The notes beneath the pieces are model-generated. The model was not told where the DNA came from. It ran no database searches and was given only the letters and a program-made list of their open reading frames with translations. Below, in pieces: positions 55,541 through 64,000 of a stretch of DNA of 64,000 bases. Each line of letters begins with the position of its first letter. Within the stretch, counting starts at the first letter, position 1. The DNA comes from Proteromonas lacertae (lineage: Eukaryota). The stretch is taken from the NCBI GenBank assembly GCA_002245135.1, contig NGBS01000333.1, positions 1 through 64,000 of the forward strand, written 5' to 3'. Made by a program: the position numbers and the translations under genes.

Positions 55541-56356
55541 AATTTACACTGCCCTTTAAATCAGAATTTTCAATACAATGAAGTAATAAAGTAATAGGAT
55601 TTCTACCGCATATAGTATTCTGTGTTTCGTCTTCATAATCACGATAGACTTTTGGATTTAATGTAGATATGGCCTTTAATCCTTCATGATCTAATTTATC
55701 AATAGATTGCCATATTTCACCATCCTCTTTATTGTAATGAGTATATCTAAATCTTTTACCCCAATGACAGAAATCTGAACTAATGGCAAACAAGACATTT
55801 TCTTTTTCAAAGTAAGGTTTTAATACTTTTGAAACATTTATCATTTCATCCCATGATAAATCACCTACAAGAAAAGGAACCAATTGAAATTCATGATCTC
55901 CCATAACAGATTTGATAAATGGGCAATGCATTTCTAAACTATGCTCTTCTTCATCATCATCACGATCTAAATATTTAAATAGAGATGTAGTAATCAGTTT
56001 ATCAACAATATCATTGTTAACCTTTATATCACCCAATGGAGTTTGAAAGGCTTCAGCTCTACTAAGCATACAATGTTTAATATATTTATAGTGACTAGGA
56101 CCCATTAAAAAAATTGTATCAATCTTCTCAGGGTTGATTTGAGAATACGCTGCTGCAAGTGTTTTTCCACAGTATCTATAGCCAGCATGTGGTCCAATTA
56201 CAGCCTTTACATTAGATTTATTACCATTTTCCCACTGCTTCACAAGATCTAGAAATGAATTTCAAATTTAATACCTTTGATAAATGGTCCTAACCTATTA
56301 GGATTACCTTCATACCATGAACCTGCGTGAGTAGCTACACGTGTAAAAGGTTTCAT
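55452..56356 (-). CDS. MEMO1: MEMO1 family protein
   Basis: Motifs RVATHAGSWY, AVIGPHAGYRY, MGPSH, EEEHSLEMH, ISSDFCHWG, NTICGRNPI and DSSVSYA. One intron near 56248-56274. Confidence 0.93.
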
Positions 56357-56383
56357 TTCAGATGAAAAAAAACTCAAAATTCT

Positions 56384-57422
56384 TTTCAATTCTAACCAAT
56401 CAAATTAAAGTATTCTATTTCAAAAATATTTTCAAACCCCATAAAACAATTTTAATATAGTATGAGAATATAATTCAGAATATTGAAAGATAAAAGTTAA
56501 ATGTTCAATAAATGAACAAATAACTCGCAATTTGTAAACTTATGAAGCGAAGTTTACTATCGCACCCATAGTTGAAGCAGCTACAGAGTTCAATAAAATC
56601 AAGGCTGGTTGTTGAATACATACATCGATTGCCATTGAAATTGCAGAAGATATTATCCAACTGTTAGCTTGTTGAGATGCAAATTTTACTCCATATAATA
56701 AGTTGATATACACCATAAACACGATGTAAATGAATACTACACTGTTTACACAGATTGTTATCGTTGTTCTCATTCTTCTTTGTCTTAACCATTCAACATA
56801 TTCTTTCTTTCTTTGAATCTTATTCTTTGTTACTCGAATTCGGAATAAATTCAAGATTTTATTTCCAGCTTCTTTTATCTCAGCATTTTCAAAATCAGTA
56901 TTATCTTGATTATTTAATACTTTATTGAAATTGAAACAAATGTAAGACATTTCTAAAGACATCTTTTCTAATAAACATAATATTCCGACAATAAAATAGA
57001 TTATCCAAATGTAATTATATTTCTTAAATGCATCAGATAATTTTGAAGAACAACTTATTGGATCAATTCCTACAGCTAAATAATCATTATCAAAACAATT
57101 TCGAACATTATAATCATCTACACTTTTATAACCACAACATTCGAGATTATCTTCGATATAAATTATTAATTCTTTTGTTCCTACTGATTTCGTCAAAGAT
57201 TTCCATAAAGAATGAATACTTCCATTATTATCAAATGTTACTAATATACTGTAAATAAAACATACCAGACATAATACAAATAGTATTAAGTCACAAACAA
57301 ATAAGTAAATAAATGGAGTTTTCTTGAAAGAATTTACACTGATAAAAGTAAAGATTGATTCGATTATTAATAAAATCAATACAACAGTAAATATCAAGGA
57401 TGGAGGTCCAAATGGCATTATA
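56384..57422. repeat. Inverted duplication, left arm (3' part of the polycystin-like gene and downstream DNA)
   Basis: Reverse complement of 62962-64000. The match runs to the window edge, so the true arm may be longer. Confidence 0.93.
56540..57417 (-). pseudogene. 5'-truncated inverted copy of the polycystin-like C-terminus (open ORF from MPFGPP)
   Basis: The translation from IMPFGPP to the stop is identical to the end of ORF 61091-63844. Confidence 0.7.
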
Positions 57423-57514
57423 AATATATATATGAAAGAAATACATATCAATATTTTCAATCAATAATGCAAATAAATATAAAAAACGATAATTCATTTT
57501 TAGAAAATTCTAGA

Positions 57515-60500
57515 ATGAAATCTATCTTATTCATTACTTGTTTTCTGCTCTTACTCTTGTCAAACGCAGGAGCTGCTTCTCTTGATGGTCTTACTGACTC
57601 AGTTGAAGTGAAAGATGGAATTGCTAGGCTTTTAAAACCTATCCAGATTGAGATGACTAATCCGAATCAGTTTGCACTTGATGGAATAACTGGTATTATT
57701 GGTAATGGTACTAATACTTTGATTACACTTAAATACACTGTTGATGATACTATAATTCAATCATACTCTTTGGGTTTACGACTATTTAATGGAGGTATTG
57801 TTGAAGGATTTAAGTTATACAATGTTGCTTTTCGCATAGAAGTAGATGATCATCTTTTAACAAACCCTGAAGATATTATCTTTACACAATGTGGTATTAT
57901 TGATCCAGGTGTTAAAGTTGATTTTGTAGATGTGACAGTACAAATTGCTTCAAGCATAAAACTAGCTTGTAATAACAATAATAATGTTGGTATATTAACA
58001 AATGAAGTAGCTGCTGGTAGTAAATTACGTGGTGTTGGTGTTATATTAAAGGGTGAAAGTAGTCCTGTTACAGTAACTGTGTCTATGATTTCTGGGAAAT
58101 ATTTTGGATTTATAAGTGGATATTATCATTCTACCTATGATTTAGATCCTCAATCTAATAACAATATTGTATCTGTATCAGAGAATTTATTCGTTACAGG
58201 TGATAATGTAATAGTGGAAGATGGTACTTCTCAAAGTTATTTTGGTAATATATTTGGCTTACATGAAGGACAAACATACAACAATTATGTTGATTTGAAC
58301 AGTTTAATCATTAAGTCAAGTAATATTTATGTTGGTGGACTATATGGAAATGTAGATTCATTTGCACGAGGTTTAACTGAAAATAGCAATGCATATGGTT
58401 CTTCATTTACATCAATTGAGAATAATCTATTTAACATAAGAACTGAATTATCTATGATAAACAATATAAAATTTGGAGGTATTGTAGGATATATGCAAGC
58501 TCCAAGCATTTCCAGTTGTTTTGTACAAATGAAGATCAAAACTGCTTTTCCATCAGGAACTAATTTTGGTGGATTAACTGGTGCAAGTACTAGTAATTCA
58601 TTTAAATTAGATAAAAGTGGAGTGATTATACTAACAAGCGGTAATTTTGCTGTATCAAATCAAGGTAATTTTGGCTACTTTATGTATTCATCAGGTACTG
58701 GTTCAATTTATAATTCTTATGCATATGTTGATGGTGTTGAAAGTCAACAAATGAAAGCTGTTGGTGGTGGAGTAACAATGACTATGGGAAATGGTGTTGT
58801 TATATATGGTAATGGAATTTTTGAAACTAACAAAAATGCATATGTTAATAAAGCTGATGGTGATTATATTGAAAAAATAAACAATATATTAAAAGATAAT
58901 TTCTATTTATCATCTGAAATTGTTGGTAATGAAAGAATTCCAATATTTGTTCAACCAAATATGCCACTTATTACTAGTGATGGTTTATTAGCTAATAGTT
59001 CATTCAGTAAATACATAGAATTAGATGGAAGTAGTAAAATCCCAGAAATGAGAAGTGGAATGAATATCTCATTTGATATTGGTTCAATAGTTGATAATAC
59101 AGTAAATAGTGCTCAAGTTTATATAAGTTTAAATGTTACACCAAGTAAAGATGTAACAATAAATCCAGTCTTATCATCAAGAATTACAACAAGTGATATC
59201 AATTACAATAAAGTATTTAACCAATACAACATGAAACAAGATTATGCCATTACATTTGATAAAAGTGGAGATAGTATAAGTGAAGAATCCTTTTCATTGA
59301 GTATGAAAAGTGATGATTTATTTTATTCATCTGCACAAGTTCCAACATACAAATTCACAATCTATCCCAAAGAAGTAAATTGTAAAGTAGGTGAAGAATG
59401 TTTAATTCCAATAAGAGGAATATCTTATCCCTTAGTTCATTACAATGTGAGTGTTAATAATGAAATAATTAGTGAATTGAATTATGTATATACTGATAGA
59501 GGTGATTTCTTTGCGAAAGTAACAATTCCTAGTTCAATTCAAAGTGAAGAAATTTTAGTGAAGATAATAGTAGGTGTTAATCCATATTATGTTGATTATT
59601 ATAAGAAAGAATTTGAATATCAATTCCATCAAGAAGTATTTAATGATTTGTCAATAAAAACTGCAAGATTTGTATCTGCTTCTGCAATCGAAGTAGAATT
59701 TGAAGAAGAAATCAAATCAGGTATAACAACCAAAGAAGATGTATGTAGTTCAATATTAAAGAATACTAATTTAGGTTCAAATGCAAGATGTTTCTTAAGT
59801 GAAAATGATAGTAAGAAGATGATGATTACCTTATCTAATGATGCAACAATTTTGCCAAGTGAGTCATCTGAGTGTGTGGAAGGAGATGTATATGATAATA
59901 CCTTACAATTTATTGAAAGCTCATTACAAAGTGATAAAGAATCATGTGAAAGGTTGTATAAATGTAAAATATGGAGTAGTGATTGAAACAAGAGCAATAA
60001 TTGAAGGTGGAAATTCAATAGGCTGTTATGATAATATAATATTAGATGGAAGTAAATCAATAGGAGATGGTAAAAGAGACTTAAAATATGAATGGTCTTG
60101 TTCTGATGATAAACAAACTCCAACATTAATTGAAGCAATAACAAATGCCAATATAAAGAATGATAAAAAGATTGAATTAACTCCAGGAATGTTTTCTTCA
60201 AGTGGTGATTATGAATTTAAGTTGAAAGTAAAATCTCCATTAAATAAAGATTATAGTGAAGAAGTCTCTCATACTGTTCATTCTGAAGATTGTGATGTTC
60301 CATTTAAGGGTTATATTGAATTTGTTAATCCTACTACTAATCCAGTTGATTTTGGTACTTCTGTAACTATTAAAACCGCTGGATGGAAACAAAAGACTTC
60401 ATCAAAATCATCTGAAGAAATAGAATATGAATTTATGGCAACAGTTGATGGTAATAATTATTATTTACAAGATGGTTTTAAAAGTGAAGCTAATTACACA

Positions 60501-63500
60501 GGTATATTACCAATGGGTGAAGTAACAATAACAGTGTTTGCCAAAGGAAGTAATGGTCAAATTGGTTCAACAAATAAAACACAAGATGGAAATGAAGCTA
60601 AAATTAACATTAAGAGAATTAATGTTAATGATAAAGCACAATTAGTTCAAAATACAAAAGAAAAATTAGATACTTTGCAAAGTAGTTCCCAAGTATTTAC
60701 CTACATTGGTTCAGTATCTAAAGAATTAAATCGAAATTGTAAAGTTGAAACTTGTATTCATGGAACATGTGATAGTAATAGACAATGTAAATGTAATGAT
60801 GATTATTATGGTGAGAGATGTGAAAATCACAAACCAGTTGACTGTAGTAATTGTAAACCTGTAGAAGTATGTAGTGGAGATTGTGGAAGTGTAGAATGTC
60901 ATAGTTATAATAAATGTGAAACAATGCCTCAATATGGAGGAAAAGAATGTGAATATAATCCTCAAACATACACCAAACATTAAAAGAATGTTCAAATGAA
61001 GGAAATGTAAAAGGTGAATGGAGTAAATGGATAGAATCAGAATGTAGTGCTGAATGTATAAACTTCAATGGTTTAGAAGTTAAAGGTAAAATGATTCGAT
61101 CTAGAAAATGTGAGAATGGTAAAAAATGTGATGGTGAATGGTTTGAAATAGTTGATTGTTATAAAACTTGTGAAGCTCCATCAAAATTATGTCCAGGTGA
61201 ATATCTTGACAATGATGGTAATCGACATGGTAAAGCATGTAGTGATCATGGTGACTGTAAAAAGACTGATACTAAATGTAAAGAATATGATTTGAACTGT
61301 TATACAAAATGTGAATGTCTATCTGGTTATTATGGTTCAAATTGTGAATTTAGTAATGAAACAGATAGTGAAAATGTAATAAAATTAAACAATCAATTTA
61401 TGAATTATACTGAAACAGCAAGTGAAAGTTCAAATTCTCACGAACAAAAATCATTTGTGATTGAAAGTTTATTAGAAAATGAATCAATGTTAGATGAAGA
61501 AATAGTGAAGAAATCATTAAAATTAGTAAATTCATCAATAAAATCTTTATCATCATCATCATCATCAGTAAGAATCGATAGTTTATCATCCTATTTGAAG
61601 AGTATATCCTCGATGGTTCGATTTGAAAAGAAAGAAGAAATGTTTAATAAAAGAAGAATCTTAGTTGATGAAGATAAAAGTGTGACAAGTGAAGCAAAGA
61701 ATTTAGTAGATGAAATCTCCAAGAGTTATTCCAAGAATGTAAAAGGAAATGAGCAAGAGGAAGAGATTAAAATGGAGAATGATATATTTGATATAAAATT
61801 ATTAAAATGCAATAAGAATAAAGATGGTGTGATAAATACTTCAAGTGGTTCTGTTGATTTGAGTAATTATAATACAAATAAACGACTATTATCTGGCGAA
61901 ATAGAAGATAAATCGTCAATCGAGATAGTAGAATGGAAAGATAATGCAATAAAAGAAATGGAAAATGAAAATATAACGAGTGGAACTTTAACAATTTCAA
62001 TAATAAAAGAAGATGGTAAAAATGAAGAAGTTGAAAATTTAAATGATCCAATATACTTTACTCAACGAGTATCGAATGATGTTGCATTAAAAGATGTGGA
62101 ATGTACCTATTATGATCCTGAAACGAAGAAATTGAGTAGTAAAGGTGTTTATGTATATAATATCGAAAGAACTTCCAGTGTGACAATTGTAACCTGTGGT
62201 GCAATTCATTTAAGTGATTTTACAATTCGAAATAATAAAATCATTCCAAAAATGAATATAGTAAATCCAATAAGTGATGCGAAGTTATTAGGAAATTATG
62301 ATTCTAGTAATATGATTGTTCCAATCATCTTAGGTTGTGTATTATTGTTATGTGCTTTATCTTGGAGTTATACCAAATATCGAGATAATAAAGAAAAATC
62401 TATAATAAAAGAAAGGAAAGCTGATCAATTCTTGAATGTAGGTGTATTGGATGAGAAAGTAGCTGAAAATACATTGAAGAAGAATATTGAAGAAGAGAAA
62501 GTAAATTTCTTAGTTCGATTCTGGTTAGATTTAAAAGCTGAACATAGTTGGTTATCTCCAACATTAAAGCCAGTAAATGGAATAGTAGTAATAACTCGAA
62601 GTCAACGAATCTTATGTTTAACATGTCAATTAATGACATCCACCGCAGTGAATGCCTTATTCTTCTCTAGTGATGCTGAGAATGTAGCTCAATTAATCTC
62701 AACTTCAATAATCTCTACATTATGTATGTTACCTTGTACTTTAATAATTCCTTGGTTATATAAATATGCGAATGGTTGTACATCAAAGACAATAAAAGGT
62801 AAAGGCAAATGGTATAATTTGAGTTTCTTGAAGAAGAGATTAGATTATATATTACATAATAATGTAAGTAATCCAACCTTAACTCGAATGAAGATAGGTT
62901 TATTAGGTGGATGTTTTGTATTATTCTTCTTCAGTTTAATATTCTACATCTGTGTATTATGTATAATGCCATTTGGACCTCCATCCTTGATATTTACTGT
63001 TGTATTGATTTTATTAATAATCGAATCAATCTTTACTTTTATCAGTGTAAATTCTTTCAAGAAAACTCCATTTATTTACTTATTTGTTTGTGACTTAATA
63101 CTATTTGTATTATGTCTGGTATGTTTTATTTACAGTATATTAGTAACATTTGATAATAATGGAAGTATTCATTCTTTATGGAAATCTTTGACGAAATCAG
63201 TAGGAACAAAAGAATTAATAATTTATATCGAAGATAATCTCGAATGTTGTGGTTATAAAAGTGTAGATGATTATAATGTTCGAAATTGTTTTGATAATGA
63301 TTATTTAGCTGTAGGAATTGATCCAATAAGTTGTTCTTCAAAATTATCTGATGCATTTAAGAAATATAATTACATTTGGATAATCTATTTTATTGTCGGA
63401 ATATTATGTTTATTAGAAAAGATGTCTTTAGAAATGTCTTACATTTGTTTCAATTTCAATAAAGTATTAAATAATCAAGATAATACTGATTTTGAAAATG

Positions 63501-63844
63501 CTGAGATAAAAGAAGCTGGAAATAAAATCTTGAATTTATTCCGAATTCGAGTAACAAAGAATAAGATTCAAAGAAAGAAAGAATATGTTGAATGGTTAAG
63601 ACAAAGAAGAATGAGAACAACGATAACAATCTGTGTAAACAGTGTAGTATTCATTTACATCGTGTTTATGGTGTATATCAACTTATTATATGGAGTAAAA
63701 TTTGCATCTCAACAAGCTAACAGTTGGATAATATCTTCTGCAATTTCAATGGCAATCGATGTATGTATTCAACAACCAGCCTTGATTTTATTGAACTCTG
63801 TAGCTGCTTCAACTATGGGTGCGATAGTAAACTTCGCTTCATAA
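57515..63844 (+). CDS. Polycystin-1/REJ-like receptor (signal peptide, beta-rich ectodomain, REJ/PKD, EGF, TSP1, GAIN/GPS, multi-TM)
   Basis: Signal peptide MKSILFITCFLLLLLS; REJ-like IILDGSKS..LKYEWSC; EGF CIHGTC..CKC..YYGERC; TSP1-like GEWSKW..CS..RSRKC; GPS CTYYD..VTCGAIHLSDF; polycystin-like HSWLS..TRSQRI..AVNALFF and W..S..D..IQQP. No introns; two 1-nt frameshifts near 59950 and 60975. Confidence 0.75.
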
Positions 63845-64000
63845 GTTTACAAATTGCGAGTTATTTGTTCATTTATTGAACATTTAACTTTTATCTTTCA
63901 ATATTCTGAATTATATTCTCATACTATATTAAAATTGTTTTATGGGGTTTGAAAATATTTTTGAAATAGAATACTTTAATTTGATTGGTTAGAATTGAAA
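62962..64000. repeat. Inverted duplication, right arm (runs off the window)
   Basis: Reverse complement of 56384-57422. Confidence 0.93.

Overview
This is very AT-rich, gene-dense eukaryotic DNA in the standard genetic code, with short GTA...TAG introns (mostly about 24-50 nt). The style resembles gut stramenopiles such as Blastocystis or Proteromonas, but that is inference only. I can support about 25 genes. They include a kinesin, a PKA regulatory subunit, SPEF1, CCZ1, epsilon-tubulin, a TMEM147-like gene absent from the ORF track, a helicase-less Dicer, GLTP, RPN12, RFC4, mago nashi, a DAG lipase, a four-domain Ca2+ channel, MEMO1, a polycystin-1-like receptor and two tRNA-Pro(TGG). Three signals stand out. 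(1) A ~3.8 kb Crinkler/RHS-type NTPase-REase cassette is flanked by a ~330-340 bp direct duplication of the host locus, which behaves like a giant target-site duplication and leaves both neighbouring genes intact. (2) Three introns have U12-like ATATCTTTT donors and TCTTAAT-like branch sites, and restore the reading frame best with AT-AA or AT-AT ends. (3) Two inverted duplications (443 bp including a tRNA, and at least 1039 bp) again copy gene 3' ends. Scattered single-base frameshifts, mostly in short homopolymer runs, are probably long-read assembly errors. All exon boundaries were read by eye.
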